A stretch of DNA of 62,536 bases, counting the filler, from Circinaria calcarea (taxonomy: Eukaryota), in the NCBI GenBank assembly GCA_051942165.1. It is 8 parts of 8 records of this genome, joined end to end, with 100 filler letters (N's around TTAATTAATTAA, not from the genome) between each part and the next. Parts side by side here need not be neighbours in the genome. Positions count along the whole stretch, not along the records: positions 47,010 to 54,729 come from JAVECS010001263.1; positions 54,830 to 62,536 come from JAVECS010001264.1; 6 more parts are not named here. One strand, written 5' to 3'. A model generated the notes under the pieces. That model was not told the origin of the DNA. It worked only from the letters and a program-made list of their open reading frames with translations, and did not search any database. Below, piece after piece: positions 49,542 to 62,143 of the stretch (position 1 is its first letter; every line of letters begins with the position of its first letter). The position numbers were made by a program, and so were the translations under genes.

Positions 49542-50537
49542 TATGAGGATTCGTGAAATGTGCGTTGATAGTAGGTGAAGTTGCAAGTAGGCCGACGCCG
49601 AGGCTGGACGGGATCGAGGAGTAGTAAAGAAGTGCTTAAGCTAGAATGCAAGCAGCCGAAAGCATGTCATCTGGTAGAGGTTCGGAGCGCTGGTACGATG
49701 AGGCAGGGTATGTCACATTCTCCGCTGCGACAGTGTTTGACAGCTGGAGGGGAATAGGATGGAAGAGAAGTGTCCTGAATAGCAAATAGTGTTCCTATCC
49801 CGACTGGCCCGTGAAACTGATCTTGAGTGACTTGAGATTCCGACTGGGCGATTGCCGATATGACTTGGCGACAGATAGTGTGACGGCACGACTGCTGCAG
49901 TTAGCCACCAATAGTCTCACGATAGAGAATCTTGCGAGGGCAATGGTACGAGCGAGATTGAGGGGATGGGGCTGCGTCGAAGGGCATACGCGCTGGAATG
50001 GGAATGAGGATGGGGAATGGGGATGAAGCAGTGAGGTTGAAAGGGCGCCTGTAGAAATAATTCTCAACCACCGTGTCTCTAGTGCGGGTGGTGGAAGAAA
50101 TGATGCCCCGCTCCATGAACTGTAGTACTTTCACTCGTCATTTCCGATCTGGCCTATTTTTATCTGCACCCGATACATGTCCTGCTTTCGACTGCCAGTC
50201 ATAGAGCTTGCCCTACGAGGTTATGTGGACGGGGAATATTTCACATTCCAATCAATCAATCCTAATGTGTCCATCGATCACCCGTTGGACTCGTCAAGCA
50301 CACTCACTCCCGTCAGCGGCTGGCAGAATACCCGGACCGAGTATCGAATTCTCCACAGGCCTAAAGGAGACCAATGCATGCATGATTAGGTATAGGTCGT
50401 TCAATCAACCCGTTAACCTTACTCCATCGGTGCACAAGCAATCAGATGGTCTCACTAGTCGCAGTAATGTCCAGGATCAGCAGGGCTCGGTGACAATGAA
50501 ATACCACGACGGTTCCAGTGACTGCCCGGTGAGGCTT

Positions 50538-51588
50538 CTAGCTAATGAAACACAAGCAACCTAAACCAATATAGAATACAAACAATGGGTATACAGCGAG
50601 CCCCACTCGGTTTTTCACAACCCCTGAACCCCCTAAGATACTCACACCAGCCGCCAAGGACCATGCGAGTAGAACCAGGTAGACCGGTATTCGTGGAATG
50701 GTCGGCAGACGAACAGCACTGAGCAATGCGGCCACCACAAGTGGGAATAGGGTGTAGCCGATGATGCAGACCGTCTGGAAAAATGCTCTGACTTCATGTC
50801 AGTAAGATCATTCCAAAGTTCCCGGTGGCGTCTACTCACATCTTCCCACCTAATAACCTTATTTGCCATGTGACGACCAACGTGCCGATCCAGACCAAAG
50901 TAAAGACGCCTGTAAAGACAACTTCTTTCTGGTCGTGGGAAGCTGTTATGGAGAGTAAGAAGCTTAGGAGCAATGAGAAGACCAAAGGTCCCCTAATATT
51001 GTCTTGTTAGATTCGTGATAGCCTCACATTGACAAGATTGTAGGCCTACCACAAATCCCAATTCCGAAGCCCATCACTCATATTCCCTTGTAATAAAGCA
51101 TCGGCATCCGGCAGGCGTCCAGCTATGCCACGAAGACCTTCGGCCAAACCACCTCCTTCTCCCCTTTCTAATCCTCCAATCCCTCCTTCACGTTGCAGCA
51201 TACCTCCCAGCAAATATTTCGGCCATAGCACCAGCTTCATCTTTTCCCATGAAGCTTTTAAATCTCTCGATAGCGTATCCCATACGGACTCATCGATAGT
51301 ATTGAGTGGCGCGCGTCGATCTTCCCCGGGTATCGAAGAGTTGAGGTAGGACTGGGGAAGAGGATTGCGTGAGGAAGAAGATTGAATGTTCCCGGTTAGA
51401 GGGGCCCGGTCAGATTCCAGCGGATCATCAAGATCGTTAATGTTAGCTGCATGAAGTTATTAGCTATGAAATCCTGTAGCCAGATTGTTTTGGCTACCGT
51501 CATCTGGATCTATGAGATCTTGCTCTATCGTATCGTTATCGAGGTGGTCGTATGGGTTGCCTGTCGTTGCACTCGCCATCATGGCCAT
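50538..51588 (-). CDS. Yip1-domain Golgi membrane protein (Yip4/YIPF6-like)
   Basis: NTIDESVWDTLSRD, LRNWDLWGPLVFSLLLS, GTLVVTWQIRLLGG, CIIGYTLFPL, LAVYPLFVFY; three introns. Confidence 0.9.
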
Positions 51589-52093
51589 GCCGACGGATTT
51601 ACTCAATTCCACTCATTCAACTTGCAGATAGAATATAGACAGGTTAAGTTTATGTGCACTGATTCCTCGTTGAATATCAGACAAATCCGACGGTATTGCT
51701 GACGGCTGGCTACAGCTTGTCTCAATTGAGAAACGCGCGTTTGAAGCTCCAACTGCGTTAGCGCCGAACAATAGACAGCCCTACGAGAGCTTCACGTGTT
51801 GAGTCAACAGCTACCACCTCCAGGAGTATCTACGTTGATAGGTCATCGGTATACAAGTGCTGAAAGCACATCGTATCAGGAGGGTGAGTACTCAGTACTT
51901 CGGGAATTAGTCTATTGTCAAGATATCTAATCTACTGCATCTCATCCAACGTTCCTGGACTCAACTTGGTATTCTCCGTCAATACTCTCTTCATCAAACC
52001 TCTCGCTCTCTTTTTATTCCGCCACTCTATGCATGAACAAGAAGCTGTTCTTTCCCGCCTTGAGACCCAAAAGGTAAAGCCCTTTCCAAAGAT

Positions 52094-53938
52094 ATGGCAC
52101 TTGGTGCTGGCGTTGCAAACTTTGTCAGAGTGAGAGACGGTGCCCTTACCCCGCCACAAAAAGAACTCATGGCTGGAGAGAATCATGTAACTCACCAGAA
52201 GCGCGAAGAAACTCCGCATCGCAAGGGACATCCAGATGAACATGAAAAGAACCGGCCACGGCAACAAAATCAACTAAACCAACAGACACAAGGCGTACCA
52301 CCTTCAGATCATAGGTATCGTTCTAGTGGGTTCCAAAAGGAGCAGCAGCTCATGGTAGACTCTGGGCGGCAAGCCATAGCAGACAGAGCTCGAGTTAAAC
52401 TTCCAGTAACTAAATTGGGGAGCAATCCTACAACGATCAGGAAAGCTGATATCGGCGGCCATAGCCAAACTATGTCTCCTCCTCAAATTGCTGAGACCGT
52501 GCGGACCACAGAGGGATCTACTTACAAACCTGACGATGGTCGTCCCTTTTATGAAACTGATGCTGAAAACTTTGATAACACAACGAACTTCAGCGATGAA
52601 ACCCGATCCAAGGATGACGAGCGCAAGCCACAGGGCACGGAGTTAAATCCTAATGGATTCTCTTATGACCGTCTGATATCAAATTCAGAGATGGTAATGG
52701 CTGACCCAACAGATGGAAGGCATCTCGAACGTTATCCGGTCAACCAAGAAAACGGCTCGTATGTTGAGGAAGACTCTACTAGCGATGAAGAAGAAGGGGA
52801 AGACACCGAAGACGGGCAGAGCTACGAGGGAAGCTACCACGAGATGGCGGCTGAAATTGCTCAGCATATAGATGGCTCAAGTAGCCAGCTCCCGTTGAGT
52901 GCAATGGACATGGTGAATTTACAGAAGGAGGCAGTGGTTGCAAAAGCCTTTCAGGTGTTACCGACTTCTTCGCGCGTTCCTCTACAGTCCTTGAATGGTA
53001 TTGTGATTCCTATCACGAATCAGCCAACTTATCGCCATGGCTTGACTGGTCCATATTCATCCACGGCTTTGAGCAAAGCTCATGACTATGCCGCAAACCC
53101 TCAGGTCCGAACTAATACTCCGCCTCAGAGCCAACCTATGGTATCTAGACATCACGCCGGTCATCATAGTATGACGAGAAGCAACCAGCCTCCCAAAGAA
53201 CACAGAGCGGATAAGGGCCAGCCGACGCGGAATAAGACAATCGATCAGCAGGATTTGCAGTATTCTAATCAGCAAACCCGGGCAGATCGACCCACCCAGA
53301 TGTCCACCCAAGTCCGGCATGATTCGCCAATGCGGCTTGATCCACCGCAGGAGGAGGAGCAGCTTACTCACCCCATGTTTGACCATGGCGAGATTAGAGA
53401 AGAAGATATAGCGGCAGATTCAATAGATATCCTCGGCCCTCGCTCGCCATCGCCCATCGTTCTCGAGGTTCCTTCAACACCGACCCAAAAGCGTCCACTG
53501 GAGCTAGACTACGACCCAGACCAACTCTCCGAGATGACCTACGCTGACTTGAAAAGCGAATCCTTTGACCACGACCCTCGCGCCCCTACTGACATCCTGC
53601 CCGAAAGCCTCGCATCCGCTCCACTCGCCCATAGACTCGAGTACATTCACGATCAAGCCAAGCACGGCGACGTACCTATCGAGCAGCAACGTGCCTTCTT
53701 CTGCTCCCTCCCCATTGACGAATACGAAGAATGCGGCGATCTCATTGTCGAGCGATTCGCCGCCATTATCGCCAAATTCAAAGACGCGAGGAGGGAAAAG
53801 AGGAAAGTGGCTACGACGTTTGAAGAAGAGATCGCGAGACGGGAGGAGGGGGTTCGGGGAAAAAGGGAGGCGATTGAAAGGGATATGGGGAGGTTGAGGA
53901 AGGCAGGCGAGGATGTGGTTAAGGGGAAGGGAGCTTGA
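52094..53938 (+). CDS. ECM11-domain protein
   Basis: Disordered N-terminus; C-terminal LDYD..LSEMTYADLKSESFDHDP...FFCSLPIDEYEECGD...ARREKR...FEEEIARR coiled coil. Confidence 0.82.
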   Translation: MALGAGVANFVRVRDGALTPPQKELMAGENHVTHQKREETPHRKGHPDEHEKNRPRQQNQLNQQTQGVPPSDHRYRSSGFQKEQQLMVDSGRQAIADRARVKLPVTKLGSNPTTIRKADIGGHSQTMSPPQIAETVRTTEGSTYKPDDGRPFYETDAENFDNTTNFSDETRSKDDERKPQGTELNPNGFSYDRLISNSEMVMADPTDGRHLERYPVNQENGSYVEEDSTSDEEEGEDTEDGQSYEGSYHEMAAEIAQHIDGSSSQLPLSAMDMVNLQKEAVVAKAFQVLPTSSRVPLQSLNGIVIPITNQPTYRHGLTGPYSSTALSKAHDYAANPQVRTNTPPQSQPMVSRHHAGHHSMTRSNQPPKEHRADKGQPTRNKTIDQQDLQYSNQQTRADRPTQMSTQVRHDSPMRLDPPQEEEQLTHPMFDHGEIREEDIAADSIDILGPRSPSPIVLEVPSTPTQKRPLELDYDPDQLSEMTYADLKSESFDHDPRAPTDILPESLASAPLAHRLEYIHDQAKHGDVPIEQQRAFFCSLPIDEYEECGDLIVERFAAIIAKFKDARREKRKVATTFEEEIARREEGVRGKREAIERDMGRLRKAGEDVVKGKGA

Positions 53939-54729
53939 AAGTGGATGAGAGGGGCATCTGGGGGTAAGGCCTTGCATAGCGTCGGTGTTTTGCAGTGGCA
54001 TACCTGCATCTGGCTGATTTGGAATGAGAGTGGGAGCCGGAGGTGCTAGATGGTTTTGGCTTATTATGGCACAGAAATAGATACCCCACATTGCTATGTA
54101 GCTTAGGCACACTTGCAACACTCTTATTGCCTCCACCCAAACCCCTTTCTTCGAGTGGAAACACATGATCGAGTTATTTGGAAGCCCTCTAGTCTGTGAT
54201 GCTCTTAACATGAAAATACATCCCTTTTAATTCCTGATATGAAAAAGAGTTTTCCGAACCCCCCCTCTTCTCCTCGATGCGGAAGAAACCCTCAGTGAGC
54301 GCCGCCGAGCGGCGAGGGAGCTCGTGGGTCAATGTGGTTAACCTTTCTATAGAATCCCGAAGGGAGGAAACCGGGGAAGGGATATTGGGGAAGGGAGGAG
54401 GCCTTGGTACGTAGGAAATCTAATGTTTCGTGAGTGGCCAAAGACCAATTATCATAGAGTGAGAGGGTTAGGAGTTTATAAGGGCGAAACCAAAAAAAGA
54501 AAAACGAAACATAGCTTCCTTTTACCTTCCCTATCACATATTCCCTCTGGGTAGTAAAAGTCCTCTTCTTCCCGCCCCATCCTTTCCTCTTATGATAAAC
54601 CCCCTCTTCTAGTCTACGACTCTAGAGATGGTATAAGTCTGTTCTACCGCATACTATTTGCAACTTGACGTTCTCTACTATCTCTGCGGAACCTGGGATT
54701 TGGGTTGGGGATCTTGGGAAGGGGAGGGG

Positions 54730-54829
54730 NNNNNNNNNNNNNNNNNNNNNNNNNNNNNNNNNNNNNNNNNNNNTTAATTAATTAANNNNNNNNNNNNNNN
54801 NNNNNNNNNNNNNNNNNNNNNNNNNNNNN
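54730..54829. other. Artificial contig spacer
   Basis: N44-TTAATTAATTAA-N44. Confidence 0.98.
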
Positions 54830-55957
54830 ACCTTAGACAACGATCTGGGGTCACAAGCTTGACGTTGCGATGGACTCCGGGTTTGGGACACATATGCCAT
54901 GTGAGAGGTGTAAAGGATGTTCGCACATCGACGAGTACTCTTGCTACAGCACGAAACGCCAGCTCTACTAAATCAACCCGATCACTTTATCTACCCGAAT
55001 GGTCAAGCCTTGGAGGACAGATTGACCAGATGAAAGTGCGCATTCGCGCAGAAGAGCAGTGCGTCTTTCAGGAGCTGCGTGAGCTAGTGGTGGCCAATTT
55101 AGTCAAACTGCGCCGCAATGCTGCAGTACTCGACGAACTCGACGTTGCCTGCTCACTAGCAGCCGTCGCAGTGGAACAAGGCTTTGTTCGGCCCAACTTG
55201 AACATTGGAATAAGTCACAAGGTCATTGGGGGAAGGCATCCGACTGTGAAGCTTGGACTCGATGAACAAGGCAGAACCTTTATTAGCAATGACTGTCTTG
55301 TCGGGGACAAGCAGCGCATTTGGCTCATCACCGGACCGAATATGGCAGGGAAAAGCACCTTTTTAAGGCAAAACGCTCTGATTTCAATCCTGGCGCAAAT
55401 CGGGTCTTTTGTACCGGCAGAGCATGCAGAGATTGGGATTGTGGACCAAATCTTCAGCAGGGTCGGATCGGCGGACAGCCTCTTCGAAGATCAGTCTACC
55501 TTTATGGTGGAAATGCTCGAGACCGCCAGTATCCTCAAAACTGCCACACCTCGATCGTTTGTCATCATGGACGAAGTAGGTAGGGGAACCACTCCGGAAG
55601 ACGGCATTGCGGTCGGGTTTGCCTGTCTCCATCATCTCTACCATACCAATCGCTGTAGAACCTTGTTCGCCACGCATTTCCATGTCCTAGCCGATATGAC
55701 AAGCGAATGGGATGAATTGGGCTGTTACTGTACCGATGTCGGAGATACACTTTCTGGTGCCTTTTCCTACGTTCACCGCCTCAAACCAGGAGTCAATAGA
55801 CAGTCACACGCTCTGAAGGTTGCACGACTCGCAGGTAAGCCCATGGTATTTCCAAGTCATCGTTTCTCGTCGCTTATCCGTTCCTCCAGGTATACCCGAA
55901 TCCGTCATAGACGTCGCTCAGCAGGTTCAGAAGACCCTCGGTCGCTCTTCTAGATAA
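54830..55957 (+). CDS. MSH1: MutS homolog 1 (mitochondrial), 3' part
   Basis: LRWTPGLGH, GRHPTV, GPNMAGKSTFLRQ, QSTFMVEMLET, DEVGRGT, FATHFH, SHALKVARLAG; intron 55835-55889; stop TAA 55955-55957. Confidence 0.9.
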
Positions 55958-56693
55958 GCATGTCCCGGAAGTTACTTTTCCTTGTGCCGTTGTGGCCTCG
56001 GGACAAGCTACCACAAGACAATATCAAACCACCGTCCGAGGCCGAGGCCCCGTAAAGTTGGAAGAAAATTTGCTCCCTTACGCCACAAATCAGGAACTGA
56101 GGTTCTACAGAGGGGTCGGGGGAAGCAACAAAGCACATGTTTTGTATATTCAGTCACGATGGCCAGGCTACAGCTTTGTACGGTAGCAAACCCATGTTAA
56201 CTCTACTACAGGGCATCTATCTGCCAATAAATTTCTGCAATCTGCATCACTCTTTGGGTATATCCTCTCCCTGCCTATTTCCTTCTTCAGTCTACCTTTA
56301 TTTCACCGGCTTGACTTGGCGGAACATGTGTGTGTGGATAGAGATGGTAAAGCATGCTCTCACCATTCAGCCTCATGATATTCGAGGTGTCGTTATGATA
56401 AAAACTGTGAAAAAACGTAGTATAAGAGAACCAACATCCTCAGACTCATCACTGAGTCCAAGCGTAGCCGATTTTTGTTAATTCGGTTTTAGCAGACGAT
56501 TGCATAGGCTTCTTTTTAGAGTTACAGGGACTCGGGAAGTACGTTTGTAAAGGAATGACTGGACCGTGTCGGGGATTTTGGGGTTTGTGGAGGAGATTCT
56601 TCGGTCGTGAAAGCTCTAAACGTCCCGGCATACGAGTAGCAGCAATGGCAGAGAACACAAGACAGCCTATCCACGAAGAACCGCCTCTCCTCA

Positions 56694-58008
56694 TCACAGT
56701 TTCGCCTTCTCTCCAACCCCTTGACCCCGCTGCGTCAACGCCCTGACCAACCCCGCCGCAAATTCCCCAAAAGGCCTCATCTGCTCGCCATACTCTCTCG
56801 CCTTCGCACTGCTCGCCTGCCGGAGCGCATACCTCGCCGCAATCCCCTGCATAATCACACTGTTCTTAAACACCCCAAACGCATCTCCCCACAGACTCTC
56901 GGCGCTGGGGTCCCAACCGGCGGTCTCGGCGTACCAGGCTATGCACTGCGATCGGGATGGGAGACCAGGGGTGTCGGCGGAGGAGAAGGCGGGGTTGATG
57001 CGGTTGTGGATTTGGGAAGTAAGGGATGGGGCGGAGAGGGAGAAGGTGAACGGGGTAAAGAGGTTGGAGAGGTCGGAGAGGGGGTGACCGATTGTGGACA
57101 TTTCCCAGCTGGGCTGGTAAGCTTTTTCCCGGGAGGTAGAGATGGAGATGCGAGAAGAGAGGTGCAATACGTACTCTAATATTCCAATTACCTTCGATTC
57201 GGTTTTGTGGTACACTAAATTGTCGATCTTGTAATCGCCATGTATCAACGTTCCCCTATCCTGCGGCTGTGTCTTGGGGTCCTTGAAGAATGACACCATG
57301 TCATCAAAGTGTGGTATCTTGCCCACAGGTTTTTTGCTCTCGATGTCTACCGCTTGAGCTTGGGATTCTGAGATCATGCCTAGGGTTTTCAACTGTCGGT
57401 TGTAGAAGCCCGAGGGCTTTCCAAAATCCGACAAACCGACTGAGCGAGGGTCTACCCGATGGAGTTTGGCGAGTGTGCGGATGGCATCATGCCACCTGTA
57501 TTTATTTCAATGAGTGACCATATCTCTGGTTTGTACGTGTGCTCGCACCTACATTTCCCTCCTTTCCTGCGGTGAGACCCCTGGGAAAGAAGCATCCTCG
57601 AAGATCCTCCCGTCCAGAAACTCCATAATGTAGAATGGGGTTCCGACCACCCGCACATCTTCGCACAAGGCATACGCTTTGGGAACCGGCACATCGGTCT
57701 TCTCCAAGGCATGGATGATCCGGTATTCTCGCTCTACTTGGTGTGCAGTTTTCGCCAGCAATTTGCCCGGCGGCTTCTTGCGCATCACATATCTGTGTCC
57801 GTTGGCGGCAGTGAGTTGGTAGGTAGGATTCGATTGTCCGAAGCCAAACTGGGACTGAGAGTTAGCTTATACTCGCCCCGGTGTTCGAGGATCTCGAGCG
57901 GGGGTTAACCTGCTTGATACCTATTGGGAGCTGGATCTCAGGGACGTTCTCCCTAATGTATTTTGATAATGAGTCAATATCGATGGGCTGCCTTATAGCG
58001 CCTGCCAT
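56694..58008 (-). CDS. APH-family phosphotransferase (ACAD10/11 N-terminal-like)
   Basis: [67 protein letters not shown]; three introns. Confidence 0.92.
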
Positions 58009-59060
58009 ATTTCTCTTAAAGTCATTAGAGGTTGTAAGAAGCAGAATAACGACCAGCCTCGAGAACTCTCATGAGTTCTTCAACGTTTGAAAGTGTGGGG
58101 AGCCGAGGTTGTCTGATCTTGGGAATAGCCGCTATTCTACTCCGCAACGTGCAGCAGTTGACTTCTCTCCTAACTTTGTTCACAGTACCAACTACTCAAC
58201 TTACCGTTCGAAGCGTCTCTATATCGAGGTACGGACTTGTCTACGAGAGGCTTATGCAACAGGAGGTTTTATTCGATTCCTGCTTCCCCATAGTTACCTA
58301 TATGAGCCATGTAGGAAGCTCTGTCGTCCACGACGGAATATCCTTTATTGCCGAGAGTCTAGATAAGCCATACGTGCCTCGTGAAAAGTCCCCTTTAAAA
58401 AAGCCAATATTTCAGAGGTCGATAGCATTGATTGTCTAGGCAGATCCTAAGACAGGTACTACTGGGAAGGTCAACAATAACAGGCACCTATTTCTCGAGG
58501 ACATAGGAATGCCAGGTACCTTACCGAGCAAGGCGCAAGCGGCGCGAAAACTGCTACGGAGTACGAATCCACCTAATTGAGAGATGTGTTCAAGGACTTT
58601 CGTGCCACCGAACAACCCCTATGTCGTACATATAAAGCGGGTTGCCGTTGTCCTTTGGTCATTTGCTGTGCACAAAGAGCTTGGCATTGAGGCGGGATAC
58701 CCTATTATTGGGGATGGGATGGCTAAATCCGGGGAAGCTAAGCGAGTCTAGACCCTTAGCATTGTGGCTTCGTTTCAGTTACTCGATATACCTGGTTATT
58801 TAATTTCTCTTATAACTTTCTATTTACGTGACTTGTGATATGTGCGCCCGGCCCTCGTATTTTGGTGAGGCTTTCTGCCCGTGTTCTGCCAGCGTACCGT
58901 TTGGATTCAGTTCTGACCGCAACACAGATTTGCCAGTTCTATTTCTGTTTTCCCAGGTCAGGAGAATATAAAAGGTCTTGCTAGAAGCTGCTGACTTGTT
59001 CAAGCTCGCCTCCATTTTCAAACTGCGTTGACGAACCATCTGACTAGAGACACACTCAAA

Positions 59061-60245
59061 ATGCTTGCCCACTTATATCACTCTGTGCTATTCTCTTTGC
59101 TAGTTAGCAGTGTCTATGCTGCCATCGGTGATACTTGCAGAGCCACACAAGGCAGAGGTACCTGCCAGAAGGTGGAAAACTGCTCCAATGGTTCGTCCGT
59201 TTTATTTCAAGTTCTTCTCTTCAGGTCTGACGGCAGTACATCAGGCTTCACTGTAGAGGGGGAATGTCCAAATGACCCTGCCAACGTCCGTTGCTGCATC
59301 AAGCAGGCTTGTGGAGTGGACAACTTTAGTGGTACATGCAGTGACAAATCGAAGAACCGCTGCCCGAACGGTTCCTTCCAGCCAGGTTTCTGTCAGGGTG
59401 ATAAGGATGTCCAGTGTTGTATGCCTAACACTCCCAGAGAGGGATTCATCGCATACGTCCGCAAGATATATGATCTTGCTAAGTCATACGGTCACGGGAA
59501 AGATCCTAACTTGCTGGTGATGGAATGGCTTCGAAAGGAGAACCCTAACTACAACGACATCAAATGGGCAGAGCTCATTGGGAATGTCGACGATGACTGG
59601 ATCTCCTATGCTAAAGGAAAAGGTTTGACGTGGGAGATATCTATATTTCCAGACGCCTAATTTAATGTTCAGGTACACGCCGCCCACCTCGGTGCGTGCA
59701 TGAACGGTGTCTACCTCAAAGGCGATAAGCTAGTCGCTACCGGTCACGAAATCAGTCGAGCCGACGTGGTGGGTTGGGGAGGAGACTGGATAACGTTCTA
59801 CGGTGATTGGCGGGATTCCGACGTCGACTCGGGATACCAGTACTGTCAGGACTCGCTGGCCAAGGCTCTTGACAAGGGTACCTTCAAGCTCCGGGACATG
59901 ATCGAAGACGCCGATTGCTACAATATTGCGATGAATCTGCGGACGATCAAGAAGCCTGGCTGGTCGATTGTTGACGAGATTGCTCTGAACTTGCAGCCCG
60001 GCGGTGTCTACCAGTCCCGGTTTAATCGATTCTACCATAATCGCTTTGGTGGCACGAAGGCGAGCGCGTCAGCAATCGCGAAGGAGATGCTGACTGGTGG
60101 CGAAGCGATCATCAAGGCAGGCCGGACACTGTTGCTGGAGAAGGGTTATGGCCCTTTTATCAAGCTGCCGTCTATGCTGTCCGACAAGGAGTTGGGTGGT
60201 TTTTGTGATGGGTTTGCGGACGTCTTAAGCCAGCTGGCCGGGTAG
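59061..60245 (+). pseudogene. Secreted protein with two Cys-rich repeats and a bacterial-looking C-terminal domain, interrupted by one in-frame TAA
   Basis: Signal peptide; repeats GTC..C..G..CP.DP..VRCC and GTC..CP.G..PG.C.GD.DVQCC. ORFs 59028-59660 and 59700-60245 are in the same frame, separated only by TAA 59658-59660. Confidence 0.7.
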
Positions 60246-61523
60246 ATTCATAGGGAAGTGGCCTGCCATATCAAACATTTCTCACAACGCTTTGTTCTTA
60301 GCTTTGTTCCCGACTTATCAACATCGAGCTAGCCGAATAGGGGTCCTAAAGGCCTAATGTAAAGAAGTAACTGAGATAGTGGCTGCTCTGGAGACGTAAC
60401 AACGAATCTTATTAGATTTTCCATGAATAATGCGATCTACCGTTTCTCAAATTGATTGATTGTTCGCCATAGACATAATTAATTAGCTAGTAGATCTTCA
60501 ACTGTCCATTTCAGCATCAAGGGAAACAATATGAAGAGGTGGTTGAGCTAAGCGAGGGCACTGGCTAAGATGTGTTGCTCAATTGAAAAACGTCAATGAT
60601 ATCTAGACTCGAATTCATGTACCAGTGCTTCAAGGGCATACTTTGTACAAAAAGTCAAAACATACAACAGCTGGTATTCGCTGGTGGTCACCCACCCAAC
60701 TACTAATCAGCCGATCTCAAGCTTATGTATGGCAGAGCGGACGGGATGCCCAGATACTCATATGTCTTGTAAAAAAGAGTCCATTTTTAGAAAAACAAGA
60801 CGCTGCTATAGGCTCCTTGGCGCCGTTTTCGGATGCTTTTGGACACTCATCTTCTGGCTGCTTTAATCATGCGTTGCCCCACAAGCATAATTATCACAGG
60901 GTTATCCTAGTAACGAAAAGCGTAGCTGAAACATGGAGGGCAGTGCATTTACGGCACATAATTTAAAGCGGCCCAATCCTCTTAAATCCATGGTCGTATG
61001 TGACAGAAGAAAGCCACGCTTACCTTTTCGACAAACACCTTCACTCCGATCCTCAGCGTCTAAATCGTGGCTATTTCTTTCTCGTTTTTCTTTTCCTTTT
61101 TCTTTTCCCCCGTATCCGGCGTGCTGGTCCGGGTGTGATCGGGCGACGTATCGCTCGGTATCATATTTATCGCGCAGGAAACAAAGATAAAGATTAGTGT
61201 ATAAGATTTGGAAGATGAAAGATTGCGAAGGAAGTTTAGGTTAATAAATTTGATTTGGTGGATGAGAAGGGAATGAATCTTGGGTAAAGTTTAAATGCGT
61301 GGGAGCTATAAATAATATAATTAAAGTGCGTGCGCTGATGAATTATTTCTCATGCGACCACAGTATGAAAAATGCTTTAGATTTAAAAGTTAAAACAACT
61401 ATTTATTATGGCGCTAGGCCATACTCACACAAGGAGCCGCGCTAGGCTCGGGACCTCGGCCACCGGTCATGGAGCATGAGGAGCATGGGGAGCATGGAGA
61501 TGCTCACGGTACTATATAGGTAG

Positions 61524-61612
61524 GCTGATTCCCTTATGGAATCAGCAGTACTTGTCTGGGTGCCATTTTGGTGGGGTCAGTGCGGGTCAGCAGGCGAAAA
61601 TGGCTGACCCGC
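61524..61612. repeat. Two perfect short hairpins
   Basis: GCTGATTCC (61524-61532)/GGAATCAGC (61538-61546) and GCGGGTCAGC (61582-61591)/GCTGACCCGC (61603-61612). Confidence 0.7.
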
Positions 61613-62143
61613 CGGGACATGTGAATCCCAGCCGAAATTTTCGAAATAAATTATTTTCAATACAAAAACAGCATGTAATTATTAATCCCATGTGTAAAAT
61701 AGTTGAATTAGATAGTCTACTAGAATATACAAATTTGATTGAGCCGATGGCGACCGAAATTGATGTAGTTGTGAATTTTTTCCAGTCGTGCGCGACCGAG
61801 AACCCTACGTTGAGCCTCCTAGTATCAAAGCGACAGCGCCAAATCACATTGAATAGCTCTAAAAATCGTAGATTTAAAGGTTTATATTATGCTTAGGATA
61901 TCTACCAAAGGAGAGCTCTATATCTAAAGGTTTGATCGAGTAATTCACTAAAATTCCCCGACCAGGGAACCCCCTATACCTGTAGGCCTCAGTAATCGTA
62001 ATACCCCCCGCCCAATTCTATACCAGACGCCTGCATCTCGATGTATATAACCCATAAACCCTCCCTTCCAACCCATATGGTCACCGGCGACGTCGTTGTC
62101 GAGTGGTGGCAGCGGAGGCCGAAGCGGCTACCCCTGAATCGAC

